From positions 6,450,001 to 6,514,000 of the forward strand of contig NC_045697.1 of the NCBI RefSeq assembly GCF_009834535.1: a stretch of DNA of 64,000 nt. The letters are read 5' to 3'. The notes beneath the pieces are model-generated. The model did not search any database. It was given only the letters and a program-made list of their open reading frames with translations, and was not told where the DNA came from. Position 1 is the stretch's first letter. Every line of letters starts with the position of its first letter. This DNA is from Camelus ferus (Eukaryota). The position numbers were made by a program, and so were the translations under genes. Of the stretch, positions 26,103-38,135 are shown in pieces.

Positions 26103-26656
26103 ATTTGGTTTGAGATCCACTCCTGCTTCTTATTGCTGTGAAACTTTGGAAAGGCATTTACTGTATTGTGAGCCTTACACTTTTCATCTTTTTAACAGGG
26201 AAAATACTTAGTCAATTCATCGCTTTGACTTATTGTGAAGATCAACATATATGATCAAGGGCATAAAGCGAACAAGCAGGCAGATCAGAGTGTGGCCTCG
26301 TGGGATGCCCGTGTGGGGACTGCACCTCCACCACATTCCAGCTATGAGAACGTGGTCACTTAACCTTCTGAGCCTCTGTCTCCTCATCTGTGAAATGCAG
26401 GGAACAAAAGTACTGAGACCTCATGAGGGCGGGAGGTGACACACGCAGTAAGACACGCAGTGTGCCTGGAACAGGAAATGACACTGTGCAAGCTGAATAA
26501 CCATCCCCTGTCATTACTCATTGTATTAAAGGCACTGCTGGACTATTAAGGGTGGGCTGTTTGATCGTTCCACATGAGGGTGAAGAAGATGATGGAGACG
26601 TTGTAATGATGCTCTATGCCTTTGAAAGCCTTTACGCCTAGGTCAGTCTTGGGGTC

Positions 26657-27222
26657 CATGATGGTTAATTTTATGTGTCAGACTGACAAGGTCACAGGGT
26701 GTCCAGCTATTTGGTTCAACATTATTTCTGGGTGTGTGTGTGTGAAAGTGATTCTAGCTGAGATGAGAATTTGAAGGAACAGACTGAGCAAAGCGTATTG
26801 CCCTCCCCAGTGTGAGTGGGCACCACTCAGTCCATTGAGGGTCTGAATAGAATCAAAAGGCAGAGGAGAGGAGATCTGATCTCTCTGCCTGACTGTTGAC
26901 CAGGGATGTTGGTCTTATCCTGCCCTCGATGGACTGACATTTACATCGCTGGTTCTCTTGGTTCTCAGGCCTCTGGACTCAGGCTGGAACTCACACGGTT
27001 GCCTTTCCTGGGTCTCCAGCTTTCAGATGGCTGATGATGGGACTGAGATGGAGATGATCACTATTTATATGTATATCTATGTATGTCTATCTTCACATAT
27101 CTCTATATGTCTCCATCATATCTATCTTATCTATCTATCTGTCTGTCTGTCTATCTATCTATCTACCCATCCATCCATCTGTCTGTCATCACCTCTGTTT
27201 TTAGAGAGCCCTGACTAATGCA
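26657..27222 (+). mobile_element. MLT2 (ERVL) solo LTR with internal (TCTA)n tract
   Basis: Starts tgatggttaattttatgtgtca and ends agagagccctgactaatgca. Confidence 0.8.
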
Positions 27223-28052
27223 GAGTCTTTGTGCTGCTCTTTATTGGCACCAAGTTGAGCTGGCCTAGGTGGGTGGAGAGGAAGGGCCACTAAATCCCTT
27301 GTTACCGCTTATGCCCTGATGTTCAACGTCCACTTCTTTTCCTCTGTGGAATACTGAACCACTGTATTTATGCCTGGAAAGGGCGTGGCTCTTCTGCGGG
27401 TCAATCTAGTCAAGAGTTGAGTCCACTCTTGGATTTTGTTGTTGCTCTGGCTTTCTTCATCACACCATCAGCTTCCAGTTCCTCCAGGGTGACCCTGTAG
27501 AGGCTGGTGTGCTGGAGGGTTTTTACAAAGTTTCTGTTGCATCCTCACCTTTCAGCTTCCTTGTGCACCTGCCCCACAGAGGCAGCCTCTCTCAATGCCC
27601 TTGCCCAGCTCCCTATTGCTGGCCTGGAAAAGGAGAGGTTCTTGATTGTCTCTGTCTCTGGAGGACCCTGCATGATGAGGGTGTCAGGGCAGGACTTCCT
27701 TAGTGTTCTTGCTTTTTTCCCCTTTGGTGGCCAAATTCCATTTTGTGTCTTTGGGTATTAGCCCCATTTGGATCTTTTGCATGAGAGTTTCTTCGCAGTG
27801 CCTCTTCCCCAGAGGGAGGTGCCCTCTGATGGCATGAGTATAGGATCCCCAGCCTAGGAATATTTCCCGCCCCTCCCAAGGGCTACTCTCTCCCTCTATC
27901 AAACATATATTTATTAGTGCCTACTGTATACCTGCATCAATGCTAGATTATGAGGGACCAAAGAGGAATAAGAGCTTGGATGCTAAAGGGAGAATCCAAC
28001 ATGCATGCAGGTCTGAGTTCACAACATACTGTAATACAGGTTCAATTAAAAG

Positions 28053-28265
28053 GCAAGTTTTTCAATCTTAGCACCGTTGAGAGTTGGGGCTGTATAATCC
28101 TTTGCTGTTGTGGGGGCTGCCCTGTGCTTTTGCAGTATTCCTAGTGGCATCCCTGCCCTCCACCCAGTAGATGTCAGTAGCACTCCCCCAGTCCTGACCA
28201 AAAATGTCTCCAGGCATTGCCAAATGAATGCTCGGGGGCAAAATGGTCCTGGATGAGAGCCACTG
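28053..28265 (-). mobile_element. MER20 relic
   Basis: ggcatccctgccctccacccagtagatgtcagtagcactcccc...aaaatgtctccaggcattgccaaatg...gagagccactg. Confidence 0.75.
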
Positions 28266-28620
28266 ATTATAAAGCAATGTGTTATTGGTGTCAAAGACTG
28301 CTTTGTATTGCTTCTTCCAGAAGACTTCTCAAAAGTCTCTGTCTAGGCTCAGAGACACAGCTCCCTGCTCTCTGTAACTTGTGTTACCTTTGTCTTAGCA
28401 TCTTGTCTGACATCATTGAAACTGCCAATTCAGGCCACCACCTCCTCTGTTAGACTGTGGGCCCTGGCTCAGTCTTTAGTCCTCATGGTTGAGCAGAATA
28501 CTTTGTATATAACAAGTGCCCAATAAATGACAAGCTGGGTAATGGTTTGGTGGTTTAAGACAGTTGTAACCAGCCTACAGAGTCGACATGGGAACTGGCT
28601 CCTGTAAGGACTCTCTCTCT

Positions 28621-28810
28621 TTTTTTAATTGAAGTGCAGTCAGTTACAAGGTGTCAGTTTCTGGTGTACAGCACAGTGTCCCAGTCATGCATATACATAC
28701 ATATATTCATTTTCATATTCTTTTTCATTAAAGATTGTTACAAGATATTGAAGATAGTTCCCTGTGCCATACAGAAGATATTTCTTTTTTCAAATCTATT
28801 TATATATATA
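28621..28810 (-). mobile_element. short L1 3'-end fragment
   Basis: ttttttaattgaagtgcagtcagttacaaggtgtcagtttctggtgtacagc...ttccctgtgccatacag. Confidence 0.75.
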
Positions 28811-29739
28811 GTCCAACTCGTATTTCTTGAATGAATTTGTTGACTGAATGGTTAAAGTGTTTAGCTGGGTGTCTATGAGGAAATGTTCAATATTTCATGC
28901 CTCATCTTGGTCTCCCAATCTCTATCGGCTGTGTTCTGTGTGAATGGCATTGCTTGGTAAAAATTGTTGTTTTTCTCTTCTTGTCAATATTTAACAGAAG
29001 CCCTGGAGTTAAATAGGTAAACAATGTGAACAGCTAATGCACAAGGAAGAATGTGCTATAAATATTCAAAAGCATGTTCACACTCACTAATAAATGTGAT
29101 ACAAGTTTTAAAACAAGAACAGTGAAATCCCTTTTTAAAAAAATTATGATTAAAAAAGTAATAGCCAGTTTTGGTGAGAATTCTGTGAGGTGGAAATTCC
29201 AATGTAAGGCTTCCAGGAGGGTAAATTGAAATGATTTTTCAGAAAGAAATTTTACTGCATGTACCCAAAGCCTTTCAAATGTTTTCACTAAATTGTTACA
29301 TAAAATAATTAAAAATCTTACAATGGGGAAAGCTATATCTATGAAGATCATGCTTATTAATGCTTGCTTATCATATGGGAAATAGTTTTATGACCAGAAC
29401 GTAATGTTAAAAGAAAGGACTCCCTTCCGTGAAGTGTATCTGCACAGAAAACATCAATATGAAATGCACCAAAGTGTTATTTATAACTGATAGTCCTGCC
29501 ACCCCAGGGGCGATTAATTTGCATTTTATGCATTTCTGCATTAAGAAAATTAACGATTAGCAAAAGTATTATTAAAAACAAAATCCTATATCTGTTTAGA
29601 GCATTTTCATTTACAAGATAGCTTTATAAGATTATCTTTTGTGGTCTCCAAACAGCTTTTTCAAGTAGGCATGGCAGGGACTTTTATTCGTGTTTTGTAT
29701 ATGGGTTTACAAAGAGGCTCAGAGAGGTTGTGTGACTTA

Positions 29740-30288
29740 CAGTTGTCCCTTGGTATCGGTAGGGGATACCAAAATCTTGTGAATACCAACATCCATGGAT
29801 GCTCAAGTCTTTTATATGAAATGACATAGTATTTGCAAATAACCTACACATGTCCTCCTGTATGCAGTTGACCATTCAACAACACGGGTTTGAACTGGGT
29901 GGGTCCATTTATAACGAGATTTTTTTTCACTAAGTACATATGATGGTACTACACAATCCTCAGTTGAATTGAATCTATGGACTGTGGAATGGCACATGTG
30001 GAGGGGTGATGTAAAGTTGTGTGCAGATTTTCAGCTGCCCAGAGGGTCGGGCCCCGAACCCTGGGGTTGTTCAAGGGCCAGCTGCACTTTGAATCATCTC
30101 TAGATTACTTATAACACCTAATACAATGTAAATGCTATGTAAATAGTTGTAAATACTAAATAGTTGCTGGCATACAGAAAATTCAAGTTTTGCGTTTTCG
30201 AAATTTCTGGAAATGTTTTTTTTTTTTTTCAAATTCTTGTGTGGTTGAATCTGCAGATGGGGAACTGGCAGATATGGAGGGCTGACTA
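29740..30288 (+). mobile_element. MER2-type (Tigger) element, interrupted by a MER8-type element
   Basis: Ends cagttgtcccttggtatc and gatatggagggctgacta, flanked by TA. Internal aatcatctctagattacttataacacctaatacaatgtaaatgctatgtaaatagttgt. Confidence 0.8.
29865..30084 (+). mobile_element. MER8/Tigger2-type MITE nested inside MER2
   Basis: Terminal inverted repeats cagttgaccattcaacaac and gttgttcaagggccagctg. Confidence 0.8.
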
Positions 30289-30639
30289 TATGAATCACCA
30301 CACAAGTAGCAGTTGGAATCATCGGTCCTAAAATCTGGGCAAAATGATATGTTATTATTCAAAAGATTAGAGTCTAAACTCTGCTTCTGGAAAACAAGAT
30401 GAGCATTAGATGAGATGCAGGTGAAACTCCTTAGCCTGGTGCCTGGCTCACAGAAAGTCTTCAACAAATATTAGTTTTCCTTCCATCTAGGGGCTCATTC
30501 TACAGGACCATGATGCCACCAGTGACCCCCTGCACCTCACTGAGCTTGACCTGCTCATCACCTAACAGTACGCCTCGGGAAGGACAGATGGGAAACTCCT
30601 GGGTGCCAGGAAGTGCCCTACACCTGTTCGGTTACTCAC

Positions 30640-30746
30640 TTCTTCCAGCCTCATCCACTTGTTCCAGGTTTGCCCGTCTGTGGGGATAGAGGTCTTGGCA
30701 TCTAAGGAAAGGGGCGTGTCCATCACATCCTTGAAAAAGCGTGTGT
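30640..30746 (-). CDS. CLNK: CLNK exon (107 nt, phase 1-0; exon 7): (D)TRFFKDVMDTPLSLDAKTSIPTDGQTWNKWMRLEE
   Basis: ttctcttctcacag|ACACACGC...CTGGAAGAA|gtgagt. Visible inside ORF-track entry 30562..30777. Confidence 0.95.
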
Positions 30747-31969
30747 CTGTGAGAAGAGAAAAAGAATTTAAAGTCATACGTTACATGGACTCACGATTTA
30801 CAAAATACTCACAGAACTACAAATTCACTGAATCATCACAATGTAGGTATGAGGCAAGGAATTCTACTTCCACGTAAGAGAGGAAGAGACTGAGGCTCAA
30901 AGAGGAGACATCACTCCTTTGGGTCCATGGGCGTCAAAGCCAAAGTCTGGACCTGAACATTCTTCATTCTCTTATCACTTGGGGAAATCTGCTCATCCTT
31001 CAAGGCATGGGCTGTGTCATGCCCTTTGAAAATCATCCTGGTCCCACCCACCTGCACACCACCCCGGCACCCCTTTCTATATTATACCCTTAACATATTG
31101 TGTCACAGTTATCTGTTTATGCTTGTTTCTGCCACTAGACTGTGACCTGCCTGAGGACGTGGATTATGCTTTGTTTATCTTTGTGTCACTTGATCAATCC
31201 TAACATGATAACTGGCACACAGTAGATACTCAGTAAATGCTTGTGAGTCAATGAACAAAGGAATATCATTATTATTTACAAGGTAACTCTCCCCAAAGAA
31301 CTTCTATAGATTCATTTCAGTAGGTCAGGCACTCAGAAATCACAAATGCTTCCTCTTTTCCTTTACAGTGGTGTGCTTTACTAAGGTTCAGAGAGCCTGC
31401 GGAAGCCTACGGCACCCCAGTTAGAAAGAGGCAAAGGTGGGTGTGTGATAAGGTCTCCCTTCTCTTGAAAAGTCTGGCTTTGCTGCCATGCCTTACTGCT
31501 GCTCATATGCTGGCCACTGGCAAAACGAATCAGCCATATTCAAAGGTCTTCCCTTTCCTTCTCCTCTCCTCTATGCAAACCCCATCTTAACGGGGACGTT
31601 GCCCCCACCCCTGACTACCCATCTTCTGCCATGCTCATCAGTCATTTCTGGGACTCAAGAGGAGCATCACGATAGTAACAGCCAGTAGTTACAGAGCCCT
31701 GACTTGGTGCCAAGTCCTCCGGTGCAAACTCAACATGCGTCCTACATGTAATCTTCAAAAGAACTCTGCGGGGGTAAGTTCTGTTATTATGAACCCTATT
31801 TTGAGATAAAGGACATTATTCTTAGATGCCAGCTCAAGGTTACACAGATAATAAGCTATGGAGGCAGGATTTTAACCCTGAGCTGTTTAATTCGGAATCT
31901 GCACCCTTAGGTACTGCACAGAATCACAGCGTGGATGTGCATTTTCAGATTTCAGGCCCCAGATGTTAC

Positions 31970-32111
31970 CTGCATATTCAGATTCCTTTATGGGCCTGGC
32001 TGGTAAAATTTTCATTGATTGCCACGCCTCTGCCACACGAAGCTCGGGGTCTTCATAGTCGTCATCCGTGTGGCCTTTTGCTCCATCCAGGGCTGCAGCA
32101 AAGTTCCTTTC
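31970..32111 (-). CDS. CLNK: CLNK exon (142 nt, phase 0-1; exon 6): ERNFAAALDGAKGHTDDDYEDPELRVAEAWQSMKILPARPIKESEYA(D), carrying both acidic tyrosine motifs
   Basis: cccctccttag|GAAAGGAAC...GAATATGCAG|gtaaca. Tyr codons at 32055-32057 (DDDYEDP) and 31974-31976 (ESEYAD). Confidence 0.96.
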
Positions 32112-32280
32112 CTAAGGAGGGGACATTTGAGTGAGTCAAGGGAAGGTACAATAATGACAAAGATTACAGTGATGGCTAAGGGAGTGATACAAACTCTCTC
32201 AGCCAGGAGTTAAAGATTTAAGGGTCTGGGGTCTGGGGCGGTTAAATCCTTGTGGTAGGTAGAATGTGAACAATGACCCC

Positions 32281-34984
32281 AGAATGACGTCAGCATCACA
32301 GTGGTGTGGGACACTTGAATTTCCCCTTCAATATACAACTAGTAAAACATCCATGGCTCAGCAAAGTTTCCTTTGCCCGACAGACCAGAACCCCAGAGAG
32401 ATCTACATGTTTGTACAACTAAAGGTGAGCAGATTGGAACACACAGAGGGGGCAGGACAGTAGAGGTGGGGCCCACCTGGCCATGGTGACTGCACCTGCC
32501 ACCCCAAAAAACCCAGTGGCGGCAGCAGAAGCAGCGCACAGGACTGGTTTTCCGGCCACAGTGGCACCTGCGGACACACGGAGCTGAACAGCAGCAGCAG
32601 GGCCCACAGCCCTAGTCCCCCAGCCGCAGCGGCACCTGTGGCACGTGCACCCCCTGCCCAGGGCGGCCGTGCCTGAGACCCCGGCTCCCCACCTCTTGCT
32701 AGGGAGGCGGTGCCCGTGACCCAAGCGACCCTGGATACAAAGATGCAAGTGGTGGCAGTGACGCTGGCAGCAGTAAGGCCCCAGTGACAACACTGGTAGA
32801 GGCAGTGGATGGTGGAAAGTGCCAGTTCTCGAATATACCCAGAGGCAGTTCAGGTAAGAAGGAACAAAAACTTGTGCTACAGTGGCAACTATTGAAAAAC
32901 AAAAAGGCCTCTGATTACCAATCTGTGGAACTGTTAGAGTCTAAGTAAATACAGATTTACCTAAACAAGGAAGGTGCTTACTACTTCAAATGCACCAGTA
33001 GAGGAACAACTCATCAAGCACCATGAAAAACCATGGTAACACAAAATAGAAAAAGAATATGACAATTATCCAGAAACAAAGCTGAAAGTCACAGCTGAGT
33101 GAGACCTAACAGATAGAGAATTCAAAATAGTTGTCATGAAGAAACTCAATGAGCTACAAGAAAACTCAGAAAGCAACTCAGTGAACTCAGGGATAAAACC
33201 AATGAACAGAAGGAAAACTTTACCAAAGAGACTGAAACTCTAAAAAAAAGAAAACTAAACAGAAATTCTGGAGCTGAAGAACTCAATAAATGAGTTAAAG
33301 ACTGCATAGAAAGCACTGGAAATAGAGGAGACCACATGAAATTCGTGAGCTCAAAGATAGAAGTTTAAAAATGATTTAGTTAAAAGAGGAGAGAAAACTG
33401 AGATTTTTTAAAAAGTGAAGAAACTCTGTGAGATCTATCTGATTCTACTAGAAAAAGCAACATAAGAATGGTGGGTATTCCAGAAGAAGAGAGGCAGAAG
33501 GGAGTCGAGAGCTTACTTAAATAAATAATAGCTGAGAACTTCCCAAATCTGGGGGAAGGGACTGAATACACAGGTCCATGAAGCTAGTAGAGCACCTAAT
33601 TATCTTAACGCAGAAAGACCTTCTCCAAGACACATTGTAGTAAAACTGTCAAAAGTCAGTGGTAAAGAGAAATTTAAAGGCAGTCAGAGAAAAAAAGACA
33701 GTAACCTACAAAGGTACTCCCATTAGGCTGTCAGCAGCTTTCTCAGCAGAAACGCTACGGGCCAGGAAAGAGCGGAATGACATACTCAAAATAGTGAAAG
33801 ATAAAAACTGTCAGCCGAGAATACTCTATCCAGCAATGTTATCTTTCAGGTATGAAGGAGAAATAAAGGCTCTCCCAGACAAACAAAACCTAAGGGAGTT
33901 CTACACCAGTACACCTGCCTTACAAGAAATGTTGAAAGGAGCTCCTCCACCTGAAACAAAACAGTGAAAGTACACGAAACTAACATGATAAATAGACAAA
34001 TAGAATCAGAAAATTGCAACTCTATATATCACAATGCAACTCTATCAGAATATGTTGTTAAACACTTAATTATACCATAAAAGTAGAGGTGGAAAAACAT
34101 TAACAATAACTATAGCTACTTTAATTTGGTAATGAAGTCACAACATAAAAAGGGCTAATTTATGACAACAAAAACATAAAAGAGGGAGAAGAAAAAGATG
34201 GAACCTGTATGGACAAATGAATGTAAGATGCTATCAGCAGAAAAAAGACTACTTTATCTACCAGACATTTGACACAAACCTCACAGTAACCACAAAACAA
34301 AAATCTAGAGCAAAGGCGTGAAACAAAAATAGAGGAAGCTGAGAAAAAAAATGACAGAAAACCACCAAACTAAAATGGCAGACAGAAACGCAAGAAAAAA
34401 TAAACAATGGAGATATAAATTACCAGACAAAAAGGATAAAATGGCCTGTACTAAGCCCTCATATATCAATCATCACCCTAAATGTAAGTGGATGGAATTC
34501 ACCGATCAAAAGACACAAAGTGGCTAGATCTATTAAAAATAAGACCCAGTTACACACAGCCCCCAGGAGACTCACCTTAGTTCTAAAGACACACACAGAC
34601 TCAATGTGAAAAGATGGAACGTGATACTCAAGCAAATAGCAGCCAAAAGAAAGCAGGTGTAGCCATGCTTGTGTCGGACGACAGGTAACTAATACAGACT
34701 GCAATACAGATAATTAACAAGAGACAAAGGTGGACATCATACAATGATAAAGGGGCCAGTCCATCAAGAAGACATGATATGTATTAAGATATATGCCCCT
34801 AACACGGGAGCACCAAAACATAAACAGCAATTACTAACAGGAGGAATTCTTCCCAAAGGAAGAAGTTGACAGCAACGCAATAATAGCTGGGGGCTTTAAC
34901 ACCCCAGTTACTTCAGTGAACAGATCACCCAGACAGAAAGCTGATAAGGAAAAACTGGCTTTAAATTAAACATTACCAATGGAA

Positions 34985-35038
<54 letters not shown>

Positions 35039-36230
35039 CCTATCTAGCTCCTTCCATTCAAAAGCAGCAGAATACATGTTCTTTTAAAGTGCACATGGAA
35101 CATTCTCAAGGACAGGCCATATGCTGGGAAACAGAACTAGTGTGAATGAATTTAAGAAGACTGAAATAATATAAAGCATTTTTCCTACCACAGGGGTATG
35201 AAACCAGAAAACAACTACAAGAAGAAAGTTGGAAAAATTACACTATGGATACATGCTATTGAACAACTATTGGGTTGATGAAAAATGTCAGAGGAGAAAT
35301 TTAAAAAAAATACATGAGGAAAAATATAAAGGAAAATATGATCTACCAAATCTATGGGATGCAGCGAAAATGGTACCGAGAGGGAAGCAGTGGGCCCGCC
35401 TCAAGAAATAAGAAAAATCTTGAGTAAACAATGTAACCTTACACATAATAGAAGTAGAAAAGAAGAAAAAACAAAGCTCAAAGTCAGCAGAAGGAAGGAA
35501 ATACTAAAAATCAGAGCAGAAATCAATTAAACAAAGACTAAAATGGTAATAGAAAAGATCAGAGAAACTAAGATGTGATTCTTTGAAAAGGTAAGCAAAA
35601 TGGACAAGGCTTTAGCTTGACTCACTAAGAAAAAAGAGAGAAGGCTCAAATAAATAAAATAAGAAATAAAACAGGAGACGTTACAATGATTACCACAGAA
35701 ATACAAAAGATTGTAAGAGACTGCTATGAATAGCTGTATGCAAACAAATTGGATAACTAAGAAGAAATGGATGAATTCTTAGAATTAATAATTTTCCAAG
35801 AGTGATCGTGAAGAAATAGAATATCTGAATAGGCTGATCCCTAGTAAGGAGATTGAAAGAATAGTTAAAAACTTCTCAAACAACAAAGGTCCAGGACCAG
35901 ATGGCTTCACAGGTGAATTCGACCACACTTTCAAAGGAGATTTAATACCCATCCTTCTCAAACTCTCCCAAAAACTGATGGGAAAGGAAGCTTTTACAGG
36001 GCCAACATCACCCAGATACCAAAACCAGACAAGGACAACAGTTTTTAAGAAAGTTACAGGCCCAAAATCACTGATGAACATAGATACAAAAGTCCTCAGC
36101 AAAAATGAACAAATCAAATACAACAATACACCAAAAGGATCATACACCATGATTAAGTGGGATTTACTTCAGGGATGCAAGAACAGTTCAATCTGCAAAT
36201 CAATCAACACGATACACCACAATAACAAAA
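32281..36230 (+). mobile_element. degenerate L1: 5'UTR, ORF1, inter-ORF spacer, ORF2 endonuclease to start of RT; 3' half missing
   Basis: ORF1 remnant VTYKGTPIRLSAAFSAETLRARKERNDILK...QPRILYPAMLSF (33659-33967). ORF2 remnants include NLWDAAKMV, ggtccaggaccagatggcttcacaggtgaattc and SLMNIDTKVLSK. Many stops and frameshifts. Confidence 0.93.
34987..35046. repeat. (CTAT)n tetranucleotide microsatellite inside L1 ORF2
   Basis: About 13 near-perfect tcta units. Confidence 0.9.
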
Positions 36231-37159
36231 ACTCTGAGGAGACTCTCCACCAGTCCCTGAGAATCTTGCCCCCAGGGCCCAATATAAATATTTTGGTTTA
36301 TTTCGTTCCAGAAAGAGAAAGCGACAGAGTTTCATTTTACATATAATGAGTTACATCTATCTGTTTATCTGTTAACCTACCTAGTATCTATCCACTGTCA
36401 GGTACCTGATTTCATGTTATAAATTTAAAATTTTCTTTTATCACTATAATTCTTTGCAAATATTTTAATGGTTTCATAATATAAATATATCATAATCAAT
36501 GATTTTTTCTATGATTTAATATTTAATAATCCAAATATGTTGCCATTTAAAATACATTATTGTGAAATACAAATTAATGTGTTTAAACACTCATCCAACT
36601 TTTAGGTTAATTCTTTAATTTAAATTTCCAACCATAGAATTAATAGGGCTTGAGAAAATTCTTTAGTTACTATTATGAAATTGCTTTTCAAAGAGGTTTT
36701 TGCAATTTAAAATTTCACCTTGAATGTTAAGAAGAACTATTTTCATCACACACTTGCGAGCACCATGTGTTGGTGTTTTCACCTTACTCAATCTTCACAA
36801 TGGCTACTGTGAACTAATTTTTATCTCCATTTTATATGAGGGATTAAAACCTAGTTGTTTTTTTGCCTTTCTCTATATTGATGCCTTATTATTTGTTTAT
36901 TATTTATTTATCCAGCTTTACTGAGAAATAATTGACATACATCACTGTGTAAGCTTAAGGCATACGGCATGATGGTGTGATTTACATATATTATAGGAAT
37001 ATAGTTTTATACCCAAGAATTGAAATGCAGTTTTCTCTGCCAGGAAATTCTGCCTTTTGGGAAAGTTCATTTTTTTAATTCACCAAGTACCTTAAAAAAG
37101 CCACTTACTTTGTAAATATCAAAGACTGACAAAATAGGTAAGGAAAGCAGCCGACTTAC

Positions 37160-37197
37160 TCCATCAAGAAGAGGCTCATTAATAGTCTGGTACTGGC
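37160..37197 (-). CDS. CLNK: CLNK exon (38 nt, phase 1-0; exon 5): (G)QYQTINEPLLDG
   Basis: ctatttctcttggcag|GCCAGTACCAG...CTTGATGGA|gtaagt. Phases fit both neighbouring exons. Confidence 0.92.
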
Positions 37198-37690
37198 CTG
37201 CCAAGAGAAATAGACCAAAGTATTACTGCAAAGCATTGGAAAGACTGGGCCCTTGTCCTCCAGAAGTCTTGTGCTCATTTCAATTAATTCTTCTTGACTG
37301 TAATCGCTCAAAATCAAGTGCACATTTCCATACTTATCCTCTCTGCTGCTTTTGCATAACTGGGGCAGTGGAAAAGGAGGAAAGAAAATCAGACCCCACC
37401 CAAGAAGGCTGGCTCTTTCCACGGCAGCCTAGCCTTCTCACTCAGAGAGAAACAGTGTTAGGAGGAACCCTGCCCCCACGTCAGTTGTACCCAAAGCGAT
37501 GACTTAGTAGCATCTCAGCCAAAGACCAGATGTGTCTTCCCCTCCGCTCACCCCCTGCGGCACACATGTCCATCAGGGTCTCCCTGAACAGATTCCATGT
37601 GTTTACATTCTACCCATGTAAGAGCCTTATCTATTAGTTCATCTGTCCCTGACACCAGGTGCAGGGCCTAATATTGACCAAATGAGTTCT

Positions 37691-37778
37691 TTCTTTTTAA
37701 TTGAAGAGGAAAACTCAGTGATTTTTAAATTTTCATCATTTAAGGTATAAAAGGATTTAGTTAGCTATGCTATTTCTT

Positions 37779-37817
<39 letters not shown>

Positions 37818-38135
37818 TTTGCATTCTTTTTTTATTCAACTACAATCAGTTTACAATGTTGCGTCAACTTCTGGTGTAGAGCATAATGTTTCAGTTATAC
37901 ATGGACCTACATGTATTCCTTTCCATATACTTTTTCATTATAGGTTACTACAAAATATTGACTACAGTTTCCCGTGCTATGCAGTGGAAACATGTTGTTC
38001 ATCTATTTTATATATAGTAGTTTGTATCTGCAAATCTCAAACTCCCAATTTATCATTTCCCCCACCCCCACCCTGCCCCCATAACCGTAAGTTTGTTTCC
38101 TATGTCTGTGAGTTCGTTTCTGTTTTGTAAATAAT
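37691..38135 (-). mobile_element. short L1 3'UTR insertion with (AAAT)n tail plus extra 3' sequence, bounded by a 12-bp TSD
   Basis: TSD caaatgagttct at 37679-37690 and 38136-38147. L1 3'UTR about 37821-38135; (TTTA)n 37777-37820. Confidence 0.85.

Noticed and set aside
33659..36346. ORFs with protein-like sequence
   Set aside because: Broken L1 ORF1/ORF2 remnants with stops and frameshifts, not host genes or an active element.
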